Below are positions 29,568-40,500 of a stretch of 64,000 bases of DNA, in pieces. Origin of the DNA: Gemmatimonadota bacterium (lineage in GTDB: Bacteria; Gemmatimonadota; Gemmatimonadetes; Gemmatimonadales; GWC2-71-9); contig JAZDCY010000004.1 in NCBI GenBank assembly GCA_036679645.1, positions 1 to 64,000 on the forward strand, in the 5' to 3' direction. The notes beneath the pieces were generated by a model. The model was not told where the DNA came from. It ran no database searches and worked only from the letters and a program-made list of their open reading frames with translations. The stretch's first letter is position 1, and each line of letters begins with the position of its first letter. The position numbers and the translations under genes are program-made.

Positions 29568-30982
29568 TACAATACGAACCCAAACACCACAAAGAGCATC
29601 GTTGCCCCACCGGCCGCGATAAGTGCATAGGGCAACTGCGTGCGTACATGATCGATGTGATCTGTCGCCGAGGCCATCGACGCCACGATGGTGCTGTCGG
29701 ATATTGGAGAACAGTGGTCCCCAAAAATCCCGCCGCCGAGCGCCGCGGCGACGGTGAGCGCCGGATGCAGATCCAGAATGGTGACCATCGGCATCACGAT
29801 GGGAATCATGATCCCGAACGTGCCCCAGGATGTGCCGGTGGAGAAGGCGATGAAGCAGGCGAGCAGGAAGACCAACGCCGGAACAAACCCCGCCGGGATC
29901 GTGGACTGGGTGAGTTGCGCCACGTACACACCCGTTCCGAGCGCCTTCGTCGTGTCGCTGATGGCAAATGCGAGAGACAGAACGATCACGAGCGGCACCA
30001 ACCCCTGAATTCCCTTGAGGATGTGATCCGTCGCCTTGGCAATGGTCATGATGCCCTGCACGCGATACAACACCACGCCTGCGAGCAGGCCGAGAATCAC
30101 GCCCCACAGAACGGCTTGAGACCCGCTGCCCGCCTTCAAGTTGCCATCCCCCGTGAGCCAGAGGACGACCGGCACCATCAGCACCATCGTGACGATGGGG
30201 ATGACCATGTTGATGGCGCGGCGCGGCACGCCTTCTGGGGCGCGTACCATGGCGACGTCGTCCGACACCATCGGTGCGGCGCCGTCTCGCAGGAGCTTGC
30301 CCTCTTCGCGCACGCGGCGCTCCGCTTCGCGCATGGGGCCGATGTCCCAACCGGTTGCCACTACGACGAGAGCGAGACCGATGGAGAGAATGGCGTAGAA
30401 GTTGAGCGGGATCGTGGCGTAGAACAGCAACTCCGGCCCGTCAACGCCCTGACTTGCCAGGAGTCCGACGACGTAGGCGAACCACGCGTTGAGCGGGATC
30501 AGAATCGTCTTTGGCGAGCATGTCGCGTCAATGAGGTAACTCAGCTTCTCGCGCGAGATGCGGCACTTATCGAAAATCGGCCGCGCCACCGAGCCGGTGA
30601 CCAGCAGGCCGAAATTGGACTCCAGAAAAATCGCCATGCTCACGAACACCGCCAGGAACCCAGCAGAACGGCGTGAACGGGCAAGCCCTCGTCGCTCGAT
30701 CCACGCGATGAATCCCTCCATCCCGCCGGACGCCTGGGTGAACTCGATCATCGCGCCTATCAGGACGCTGAAGAGCAGGATGCGCGCGTTGTCGGGGTTG
30801 GTCACGGCGGCCAGGAATACCTCGACCGACTGGATCAGCCCGTCGACCGGGTTCCATCCGTTCATGATCGTCCAGCCGAGCCACACGAAGAGGCCCAGCG
30901 ACAGATAGACCTGTTTGGTGCGGATCGCGAGTGCTATTGCGACGACAGGCGGGACGATCGACAACCACCCGAATGTTTCCAT
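29567..30982 (-). CDS. Na+/H+ antiporter NhaC family / amino acid transporter
   Basis: SREKLSYLID, FSTGTSWGTFGI, FGDHCSPISD and HVRTQLPYA motifs. Confidence 0.85.
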   Translation of the reverse strand: METFGWLSIVPPVVAIALAIRTKQVYLSLGLFVWLGWTIMNGWNPVDGLIQSVEVFLAAVTNPDNARILLFSVLIGAMIEFTQASGGMEGFIAWIERRGLARSRRSAGFLAVFVSMAIFLESNFGLLVTGSVARPIFDKCRISREKLSYLIDATCSPKTILIPLNAWFAYVVGLLASQGVDGPELLFYATIPLNFYAILSIGLALVVVATGWDIGPMREAERRVREEGKLLRDGAAPMVSDDVAMVRAPEGVPRRAINMVIPIVTMVLMVPVVLWLTGDGNLKAGSGSQAVLWGVILGLLAGVVLYRVQGIMTIAKATDHILKGIQGLVPLVIVLSLAFAISDTTKALGTGVYVAQLTQSTIPAGFVPALVFLLACFIAFSTGTSWGTFGIMIPIVMPMVTILDLHPALTVAAALGGGIFGDHCSPISDSTIVASMASATDHIDHVRTQLPYALIAAGGATMLFVVFGFVL

Positions 30983-31050
30983 GGAGCGTCAGCCCACTTT
31001 CCCGGGATCGAGGCGACCCAAGCTATGGCCTGGGCGGCGCGCGCGCGAGG

Positions 31051-32938
31051 ATGATGTTGCTACGATGACGCGTCCTTCAACAACCGCCTGGATGAAACCA
31101 AGATCGAGTTGATCGACAACCTCACCCGGGTCATGGGTGCCCACTCGTTCAAGCTGGGTGGACGGTTCCTCCGCACGAGCTACTTCAACCGGTTCATGAA
31201 CTTCGGCTCGAATTTCCAGGGCGCCGGAGAGTACGTGTTTGCGAACCTGGACGACTTCGAGACCTTCACGCCCTCGTCGTACTTCCGTCCCATTCAGGAA
31301 GGCGGCGGTGTCCCGACGTCCGATTTTTCGGTCATCGACTGGGCTCTCTACCTTCAGGATAGCTGGCAGCTCAGCCCGCGGCTCACCGCGACGTTCGGGC
31401 TGCGCTACGGCCAGAAATCGTTCCGGGACAGTCCGACCCCCGTGGCTTCCGTGGAGCAGGCCTTCGGGTGGCCTACCGGGTTCGCGCCCACGGACAAGAA
31501 CAACTTCTCACCGCGGTTGGCCTTGGCCTACGACCTCCACGGTGACGGCCGCTCGGTAGTCCGCGGCGGTCTCGGGTTCTTCTACGGACAGCTGCCGGGT
31601 GTAGTGGGAGGCAACGTGCTCCAGACCGAGCGTCCCGTGCTAGAGGTGTTCTGTAACGGGTCGCTTGCCGATGGCGATCCCGATGCTCCGCCACCACCGA
31701 CGGACTACGCTACGTGGGACCGCTCCGGTCTCGGCAGCGGCGGTGTACCCGAGGCGCCCATCACCTGCGCCGGCGCGTCAGCGGGCGGGGTGCCGACGTT
31801 CACCTTCTGGGCACCCGACTTCGAGATGCCCGAGGTACTCAAGGCCAACCTCGGGTACGAGACCATGATTGGTGACCGGTCGCGGTTCGCGGTGAACCTC
31901 CTGTACTCGCAGACCTGGAATCTGTACACGGTCCGGAACCTGAATCTCCGGGATTCTCAATTCCAGCTCTCCGGGGAGGGCAGTCGGCGCGTGTTCAGCC
32001 CCATGGGGGTGTTCGATCCGACCAGTGCCAACACCACCGGCTCGCGCCGGAACCTGGAGTTCGGTGAAGCGCTGGTGAACTTCAACGACGGCCGGGCTCG
32101 GGCGATCGTTGCGGAGTTCCGCGGATCACGCCGTGTCAGCCCCGGGTTGTCGATTAATGCCTCGTACACCTTCACGAAGGCATGGGACAACTCCCCGTAC
32201 TCGTGTTGCACGGCGTTTGGCGGGTATGCCGGTCCGACTACCGGCGCGTTCGGGCCCAACGAGATCGGGAGCTTCGGCGACAGCGACCACGCGTGGGGCA
32301 TCAGCGACTTTGCCCGCGAGCACGCCATTGTCGTCTCGGCGTTCGCCAGCATGCCGTTCGGCGTCCGGTTCGCCGCGTTCTGGAAGAGCCAGAGCGGCCG
32401 GCCGTGGACAGTGGTTGGCGATGACGACCTCAACGGTGACGGCATCACCGGAAACGACCGCACGTTTATCTTTGCTCCCGCGGACCTGCCGCTGGCGTCG
32501 ACCGGCGATGATGCGGTAGCGGAGCGGGCCCTGTATCAGCAGATCCTCAACGGGAACTCGTGCGTCGGGGATTTCGTGGGACGGATCGTCGAGCGCAACA
32601 CCTGTCGGATGCCCTGGCGGCACGACCTGAACATCAGGCTCACGCGTGGGTTCGGGACGGTCTCCGGTCAGCGGGCGGAACTCCAGGTCGACTTCTTCAA
32701 CGTCCTCAACGGGCTCGGCCGCTTGTTCTGTGACGATCTGACGTCCGGTTTCTGCGGTCTGGGACGCGTGACCGGCGTGTTCGGTTCGGACCAGGAGCTG
32801 CTCGATCCGCGCGGCTTCGATCCCGCGACGGGCCAGATTCTCTATCAGGTCAACGATGACTTTGGCGAGGAACAGTTGCTCGGCGCCAATCTGGTGTTGC
32901 AGTTCCAGCTCCAGGTGGCATTGCGCTACTTCTTTTAG
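31051..32938 (+). pseudogene. TonB-dependent receptor, N-terminally deleted (barrel portion only)
   Basis: Barrel motifs (ALYLQDSWQ, NNFSPRL, C-terminal LRYFF). The frame opens only after TGA 31052. GAGG-ATG 31051 reads MMLLR* out of frame. No signal peptide or plug domain. Confidence 0.7.
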
Positions 32939-33075
32939 ACCGGCTCCGGCGCACGACGCCGGCGGTTCGATAATCCAGAGGCCCCGGAGCGCTTTTCCGG
33001 GGTCTTTGCCTTGTGACAAAAGGTGCGTGATGACGGGCTACCACGTGCGCACGACCGCGTCTATCTTGCGAGCCC

Positions 33076-34038
33076 ATGACGAGTGTCGCCGAAACCTCCC
33101 GTACCGCGCTAATCGATGAAATCGGCGAGCTCAGGGTGGAGCGCAAGGCCGCGATCCTCGCGCACAACTACCAAATCCCGGATATCCAGGATCTGGCGGA
33201 CGTGGTGGCCGATTCCCTAAAGCTCGCTCGGCAGGCGACGAGTATCGATGCCGACCGGATCGTCCTGTGCGGCGTGTACTTCATGGCCGAGACCGCGGCC
33301 ATCGCCAACCCCGACAAACAGGTCCTGATACCTGATCCGAGAGCCGGATGCTCCCTGGCCGAGACGATCCAGGCGCGCGACGTACGGAAGTGGAAGGGAG
33401 AGCATCCCGACGGTCTCGTCGTCGCCTATGTCAATACCAGCGCGGACGTCAAGGCGCAGGCCGACTACTGCTGCACGTCAGGGAACGCGGTTGCGGTGAT
33501 CGAGGCGCTGCCGCCGGACGTACCGGTGCTCTTTCTCCCCGATTTCTTCCTCGGCAACTACCTGCGCGAGGTTACCGGGCGCGAGATGGATGTGTGGCTG
33601 GGTGAGTGCCACGTGCATGCGGGGCTCGGCCCGGACGCGATCGAGGCCAAGCGGGCGGAGATGCCCGACGCGGAGATCCTGGTCCATCCCGAATGCGGCT
33701 GTGTGACGAGCACGCTCTACTACATGAATCATGAGGGACGCCTCTCGGATCGGACGCACATTGTCTCGACGGAGCAGATGATGCGCCGCGCGAAGGAGTC
33801 GGACGCCAAGCAGTTCGTGGTGGCGACCGAAACTGGTGTACTCCACCGCATGCGGATGGAGAACCCCGAAAAAGAGTTCTACGCGGTGTCCGAGGAGGCC
33901 GAGTGCCGCTACATGAAGATGATCACGTTGGAGAAGCTGCGCGATTCACTGCGCGACCTGCAGTATGAAGTGACCGTCCCTGCCAGTACCGCCCGACGCG
34001 CGCGACGAGCTATCGATCGCATGCTGGCGATTGGCTGA
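33076..34038 (+). CDS. nadA: Quinolinate synthase
   Basis: ILAHNYQ, FMAETA, three Fe-S cysteines (AGCSLA, ECHVH, ECRYMK), HPEC. Confidence 0.95.
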   Translation: MTSVAETSRTALIDEIGELRVERKAAILAHNYQIPDIQDLADVVADSLKLARQATSIDADRIVLCGVYFMAETAAIANPDKQVLIPDPRAGCSLAETIQARDVRKWKGEHPDGLVVAYVNTSADVKAQADYCCTSGNAVAVIEALPPDVPVLFLPDFFLGNYLREVTGREMDVWLGECHVHAGLGPDAIEAKRAEMPDAEILVHPECGCVTSTLYYMNHEGRLSDRTHIVSTEQMMRRAKESDAKQFVVATETGVLHRMRMENPEKEFYAVSEEAECRYMKMITLEKLRDSLRDLQYEVTVPASTARRARRAIDRMLAIG

Positions 34039-34857
34039 CACCCTGGGTGCAGAACCCGTTCGCCGCGCACTCGAGGAAGACGCGGCGCGGGCGGATGTGA
34101 CGACGGCGCTGTTGGGCGAGGGCGCTCTGCGGATGGCCGAGGGGCGCTTCGTAGCCGAGGACGCCATGGTTGTGGCGGGAACTCCCGTCGCGCGTGAAAC
34201 CTTTCGGCAGCTCGATGAGACAATCGAGTTCGTGGACTCGATTGCCGACGGATCACGCGCTGCCGCGGGCGATCCGTGAGGACGATCCTTGCCGGGGAAC
34301 GCGTCGCACTCAACTTCCTGCAGCGGCTCTCGGGGGTCGCGACCTGCACACGGATGGCGGTCGATGCGGTCGCCGGCACAGGTACGGAGATCACTCACAC
34401 CCGAAAGACGACACCAGGCCTGCGCGAGCTGGAGCGCTACGCGGTGCGGATGGGGGGCGGCGTATCTCATCGAGCGTCGCTCGCAGACGCGGTGTTGTGG
34501 AAGGACAATCACTGGCTGGCGGCGGCGCGTTTGGGCGTGCAGTTGCGTGATGCGCTTGCCAGCGCGCCAGAGGGCACGCCGGTCATTGTCGAGGTTGAAT
34601 CGATCGAACAACTCGAGCAGGCGCTCGAAGCGGGAGTGCGGCGCGTCCTCGTGGACAACCAGTCTCCCGATCGGGTCCGCGCGTGGGTCGAGCGGTGCGG
34701 TCCCGACGTCGTGGTCGAAGCGTCCGGGGGACTCAACCTCGCCACGCTGCAAGACTACGCGCGCGCCGGCGCCCGCTACCTCTCAATCGGAATGCTGACC
34801 CATTCGGCGCCGGCGGCCCGAATCCGTCTGGACCTGTCCATCCCAAATAGCGCCTAG
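34031..34857 (+). pseudogene. nadC: Quinolinate phosphoribosyltransferase, split by a short deletion/frameshift
   Basis: N-part RRALEED..DVTT..AAGDP* and C-part ERVALNFLQRLSG, TRKTTPG, KDNH, EASGG lie in different frames; junction GATCCG 34271-34276. Confidence 0.8.
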
Positions 34858-34923
34858 CGCGCGGCATCGAAGTTGGATGAGCGTGCAGCGCACCGCCCGA
34901 ACGCGGCGCTTGGCGTGGTTGCG

Positions 34924-36009
34924 CTAGGTCCTAGCTCGTGCGAGCAAGAGCACACCCGCGGCACCGAACGTGATGTTGGGCAGCCAGGCGGCGGCGGTTG
35001 GCGGCATGAGTCCGCCCGCGCCGATCGCTTCGGAAAGTTGGATGAACATGAGGAAGACAACGGTCGTAATGAGGCTGAGTCCGACGCCCAACGCTCCCGA
35101 GCCACGTGGCGACGTGAGCGCAAGCGGCGCCCCAAAAAATGCGATCACGATGCACGTGAATGGGATTGCGATCTTCAGCGCCTGACGCACCCGCAGCTTG
35201 CGGCCGTCCCCCCCGGACCGCTCGAGATCGTCGATGTAGCGGCCCAACTCGGCAAACCGCATTTCCTTCGGTTCCTTGGGCTCGATGAGCAGCTGGGATG
35301 GGCTCTCGACCAACGACCGTTGCACAAGGGAATCGAAACCGAAGGTGAGTTGGTCACCCAGATCGCGGATGATGCGGAACTGCCCATTCTCGAGCGTCCA
35401 GCGAGCCGGTGTCGAGTCGTACGCCGCGCGCGGACTCTGGATGACCAGGGTAGGATACTCGATCCCGGTTCCCTCTCGCTCGAGCACCGAATGGCGCATC
35501 GTGTTCTGGGTGATGTCCAGCGCCCATACTGTGTAAACCCATCCCTGGTCGGCGCGATAGACGAAGTTGTAACGCGAGGTCGTCGACCGGACCTGTCGCT
35601 CACCGAGCAATTCGAGCTGCCGTCGCGTGGCGGCGGGAGACCACTCGGAGAGCGCGAACGCCGCTCCTGCCACCAGAATCGCGGCGATAAAGATAGGCGC
35701 GATCGTGCGGTAAAAGCTCCTCCCGGCTGCCTTGCATGCCGTCAACTCGGAATGCCGGTTCAGCAGGCCAATCGTAAAGACGGTCGCGAAGAGCACGCCT
35801 GCCGGCATGACGAGGAAGATCTTCTCGGGGAAGCTGTACAGATAGCCGAGCGCGATGGCCGCTGGCTCGATTCCGCGACTCATGTGCTCGTCCAGCGAAT
35901 CGGTCAGCTCGAACGCGGTGACGATGACGGGAAACCCGATCTCCGTAAGCACGAAGATCTTGAGCCACTCCCAGAGCACGTACCGATCCAAGATGAAGCC
36001 ACGCGTCAT
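34924..36009 (-). CDS. lptG: LPS export ABC permease LptG
   Basis: ILDRYV, ELTACKAAGRS and AAAWLPN motifs; paired with lptF. Confidence 0.8.
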   Translation of the reverse strand: MTRGFILDRYVLWEWLKIFVLTEIGFPVIVTAFELTDSLDEHMSRGIEPAAIALGYLYSFPEKIFLVMPAGVLFATVFTIGLLNRHSELTACKAAGRSFYRTIAPIFIAAILVAGAAFALSEWSPAATRRQLELLGERQVRSTTSRYNFVYRADQGWVYTVWALDITQNTMRHSVLEREGTGIEYPTLVIQSPRAAYDSTPARWTLENGQFRIIRDLGDQLTFGFDSLVQRSLVESPSQLLIEPKEPKEMRFAELGRYIDDLERSGGDGRKLRVRQALKIAIPFTCIVIAFFGAPLALTSPRGSGALGVGLSLITTVVFLMFIQLSEAIGAGGLMPPTAAAWLPNITFGAAGVLLLARART

Positions 36010-37502
36010 GCGGGGCTGGGTTCTGCCTCGGGCGTGCGGGGTACTGGCCGACGGCCGAGGAGCGCTAGCCACCCTTTTCTGGGAACTGCCTCGCGGCGCA
36101 GGCGCTGCAGCAAGACCAATCCGACCAGCGCAAGGCCTACGTTGGGCGTCCACATGAACCACGGCGGGACGACGAGCCGGTCGGCGAGCGATTCGCCTGC
36201 AATCAACCCGATGTAAAAGATGGCGAACACCGACATGCTCACACCGATAACCAAGCCAACGCCGCCACGCGGGAACCGAACGCCGATGGGAAGGCCGACG
36301 ATCACGAACACCAAACAGGCCGCAGCGATCGCGTACTTCTTGTGGATCTCAACAAGGAAATGGGCGCTGCGGATCGATGCCTGGCGCTCGCGGTCCGCGA
36401 AGGCCCGGACCTCCGAACCGCGCAATACGCCCTGGCGGCCCCGCGAGACTGTTGCGACTGCCCCGGTGGTGACGCGCCGTGCTATGGATGTCCGCCGGGA
36501 TGTCTGCTCTTGGGCGGCGAGCTCCTCGGGCAGCAGCCACGTGCTCACCGCGAGCAGCGCGCGGCAGTACACGCTCCGGCGTACGGGCGGGACTGCGGTA
36601 TCGACCGGTATTGGTGCCAGACCGACAAGCGCACGCAGGCCGTTTCGGCGGACCGCGTCCGCGCGGCGGCGCGCGAGCCGTTCTTCGTGTCGGGCCGCGC
36701 GCACGACCTCTTCCATCTCGCAGATCCCCATCTCGCGGTCGCCTTTGTATGAATCGCTCAGCGTCCGCTTCAGCTCGTTCCCCACGCCGGCGACCACGAC
36801 GATGTCCCTGGAGAATCCTACATGCTGGAACATCCCGGGTTCGGCGCGGTCAAACTCATGCATCGTCCCGTCGTACAACGTCAGGAGGGCGTCCTCCTGA
36901 TCGGCCGTGATCGCCAGATACCCGCTGTCCGCGTAAATAATGCGGTTGCGGTCCTGGTCGGTCAGGTCCCAAATCGTCACGTCGAGCAGGGCGTAGGTGA
37001 CGGGATCGATCGCCGCGGCTCTGAGGAAAAACTTGCTTCGCTGGACTTCGTTGATCACCTGCTCCTTGATGGAGAAGGTGGGCTTCTTTCGCGCTATATC
37101 TGTGTATAGGGTGCGCAAGCGATGATTCGATCGCGGCAGCACGTGATCGCTGAAGATCAACGCCACGATCGAGACGCCGAGGCCGGCGAGGAGTAGTGGG
37201 CGCATGACGCGACCTAGTGAGATACCGCTTGCGCGCAACGCGGTGATCTCGTTGCCGCCGGCGAGACCCGTGACGACGTAGAGAACGGCGACCAACGTTG
37301 CCATGGGTAGAGTCATCGCCACGATGAACGGGATGGAGAGGGCGAAGACCTCGACGATGACCGTCCAGGGCAGTCCTTTGCCCAAGAGGTCACCCAGTCG
37401 CTTGGCGATCTGGTTGAGGAGCAACAGGCTCGTCAATGCCCCTAACGCGAAGATGAAGGGGCCAACGTGCAGCCGGAGGAGGTATCGGCTGAGAATTGAC
37501 AT
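36006..37502 (-). CDS. lptF: LPS export ABC permease LptF (long form)
   Basis: ILSRYLL, NEITALRASGIS, EIHKKYAI and WTPN motifs. Confidence 0.8.
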   Translation of the reverse strand: MSILSRYLLRLHVGPFIFALGALTSLLLLNQIAKRLGDLLGKGLPWTVIVEVFALSIPFIVAMTLPMATLVAVLYVVTGLAGGNEITALRASGISLGRVMRPLLLAGLGVSIVALIFSDHVLPRSNHRLRTLYTDIARKKPTFSIKEQVINEVQRSKFFLRAAAIDPVTYALLDVTIWDLTDQDRNRIIYADSGYLAITADQEDALLTLYDGTMHEFDRAEPGMFQHVGFSRDIVVVAGVGNELKRTLSDSYKGDREMGICEMEEVVRAARHEERLARRRADAVRRNGLRALVGLAPIPVDTAVPPVRRSVYCRALLAVSTWLLPEELAAQEQTSRRTSIARRVTTGAVATVSRGRQGVLRGSEVRAFADRERQASIRSAHFLVEIHKKYAIAAACLVFVIVGLPIGVRFPRGGVGLVIGVSMSVFAIFYIGLIAGESLADRLVVPPWFMWTPNVGLALVGLVLLQRLRREAVPRKGWLALLGRRPVPRTPEAEPSPA

Positions 37503-37598
37503 CTGTACCCGTAACCTATGCCCTTGTAAGAGGTTGAGCCCTCAGTTATATTGGGCTACCTCAGCTACTCTAGCGCGTATCCCACTCACTCATTGACA

Positions 37599-40500
37599 GT
37601 GTCGCGCCTCGGACTCGCGGTCCTTGCCATCGCGCTCTTGTGGCCACGTGTCTCGTCTGCCCAGCAACTTCCGCAAGATAGCCTGCCTCATCTGGTCGTG
37701 CGGTTGCCGGTCGCGCTTCCGCCGCTACGGCTTCTTCGCGTGGCGCTGCCGGGGGGCCGTCTTGGGTTGCGGTCGGCGCCCGGGTTTGTGGCGGCAATGT
37801 GGCAACGCGAGCTACTCGAGCGGATTGCGCGGGCGCGGCGGCGTCGCTTACAGCAACCCGTACGCCCGGTGGGAGTGGTGCAGGCGCCGGAGGAGCCCGA
37901 GCCGGCAGAGCCGCCACCCGGGTTCCCTCCGGTGGGGGCCGAAGGGCCGGGCGAGGGCGAGCGGGAGGACCCGCTGGATCTCCTGTCCCGGTATGCCGAC
38001 CTGGGACTCCAACTCCGCGCCCGCTTCGAGATGAAGATGGACCGGCTGCGCAACGAACGCTGCACGGCGGCTGACGCCGCCAACCCGATCTCGGGGTGCC
38101 AGGGCGGTTTCCCAACGCCGACGCTCGACCAGCAGTTCAGCGTGCGTGCCGGCGGGATCGTCGGGCGGCGTATCCATGTCAATGTCGACTTCGACAGCGA
38201 GCGGGAATTCAGCGCGAACAACAACATCAACGTCTACTACGAGGGGCTGGAGGATGAAATTCTCCGCCGCGTCGAGGTGGGGAACGTCTCGTTCAACGCG
38301 CCGGCATCTCGCTTCATTGCGGCGGCCATTCCCGCCAACTCGTTTGGCATCCAGGCGGAAGCACAGATCGGGGCGTTTGAGTTCCGCACCATCGCCGCGC
38401 AGCAGAAGGGGTCGCAAATTCGATCGCGCGTCTTCACCGTAGGTGAGACGACGACCCAACCAATCGACAGAGAATCGCGGGATCTCGATTTCGAGGCGGG
38501 GCGGTTCTTCTTCGTGGTCGATCCGCGCACGCTTCCCGGGTTCCCCGCCGTCGATATTCTGAATCTCCCGGGTGAGTTGCTGGCGGCTGCAGAGCGACCC
38601 ACGGATGTGCGAGTCTACCGTTTGCGGGCGCAAACGGCGCGCAGCGGCACCAACCCGAACCTCGGTGGGATCGACGCGGTAGCGGTGCGGGACGACAGCC
38701 CACAGCGCGTGGGTCCTTTCCCATGGGAATTGCTGGTCGAGGGGCAGGACTACTTCATCGACCCCACAGGCGTCTGGTTCGCCATCCGGACGCGAGTGGG
38801 CGACCAGGACTTCCTGGCGGTGTCCTACGTGACGGTTGCCGGCGATACCGTCGGCACGTTCCCGGCGGTGAATGGGCAAGGTGGGGCGGTGGACACGCTC
38901 CGGCTGATCTTCGAGCCGCGCCGCGGGCCGGAGGTACCCACCTTCGATCACGAAATGCGGAATGTCTATCGGATTGGGGGTAGCGACATCCGGCGGCGGA
39001 CCCTCGAGTTGACGTTGCTCGTGAACGAGTCGGAACAACCGCTCGATGGACAGGGGACCTATCTCTCCCTGCTAGGTCTTGCCAAGACGACCGATCCGTC
39101 CACGGTCGATGAGTTCAACCGCGTCTTCCCCCGCTCGCGCGATCCCAACAACGGTGCCCCGATCCGCGATCTGTTCGTGATCTTCCCGCACCTGAGGCCG
39201 TTTGCTGATAGCGCCCGACTGCAACCGGGCGAGCAAAACGATTCACTGTACCGGACGCCGACATACCTCCTGCGCACGCAGGGCCCGCCGCCCAAGTTCC
39301 GACTCCGATGGCACTACGAGGCAGTTGGGGCGGGTGACCGGGCCACACTTTCTCTCGGTGCCCTGCAAATCCGTGACGGCAGCGAGAAGCTGTTCATCGG
39401 TAACAATGAACTCGTTCGCAATCGGGATTACCAGATCGACTATGGCGTGGGGCTCGTCACCTTTACGAACCCGGACTCGCTGTTTCGCGGCCCGACGCAG
39501 ATTCGCGCGCAGTTCGAAGAGAATCAGGGGTTCGACGTCGCACCCAAGAGCATTGTCGGGCTCTCGACCACCTATGATCTGGGCGCGCGGGGGAGCATTA
39601 GCGCGATCGGCTTTTTGCAACGCGAGAGCAGCCTGCTCACGAGGCCGCAACTTGGATTTGAGCCGCAATCGAACTTCATCGGAGGTCTCAGCACGCGACT
39701 GCAGTTTCGCCCCGACGTGCTGACGCGCGCGCTCGACGCTCTCCCGCTGATCTCGACCCGCGTCCCTTCCCGCCTTTCCGTCAACGGCGAGATCGCGATG
39801 TCCCGACCCAATCCCAACGAGGCTGGCGAGGCGTTCCTCGAGGAGTTCGAGGGGTCGGCATTCCGCCCGCTCTCGCTGGGTGAGAATGCCTTTCAGCTCG
39901 GCAGCCGCCCATTCTCGGGCAGAGGAATCCCGGCCACCCATCTCTCCCCGTTCGGGGAATTCGCCGACATCGACGCGGTCCCCCTGGTTTGGCAGAACAC
40001 GATCCAGGTCGGCAACGAGATCCTGCAATTCGCGCCACAGGCCATCGACTCCTCGATCGTGTTGTCGGGAGCGGCGCTCGATCTCGAGACCGTGCTGTGG
40101 CTTTCACTCAAGCCGGACACGATTGGCGGGGCGCCCGATCCGGTCACTGGAAGACCACGGTGGTTTCGGCAGCACACGTCGGGGGCGCGCTGGCGCAGCA
40201 TCTCGCAGCCACTCGGCGGGTCCGGGATCGGCGTCGATCTCTCCACGCGCGAGTTCCTCGAGTTCTGGGTGCTGGAGGACGTGGAGCGGCAGGCCAAACA
40301 GGAGAATGCGCTCCTCGTGTTCGACTTCGGAACCGTCTTCGAGGACGCCGTCGCCTTTGGGCCGGATGGGTTCACGGTAGCGGGCAACGATACGGTCTTC
40401 ACGGGGTTCCAGTTCATTGGCCAGGGGCGTCTCGATACCGAGCGCGACACGGTGACCAATGTCTTCAACGCGGCGTTGAACGACATTGGCATTCACGGGG

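Noticed and set aside
32940..33075. NrtR/NadR operator or riboswitch upstream of nadA
   Set aside because: No convincing palindrome or aptamer consensus seen
34271..34282. Selenocysteine/readthrough or programmed frameshift in nadC (and likewise dapA)
   Set aside because: Readthrough would not restore the frame, there is no slippery site, and conserved residues are physically missing
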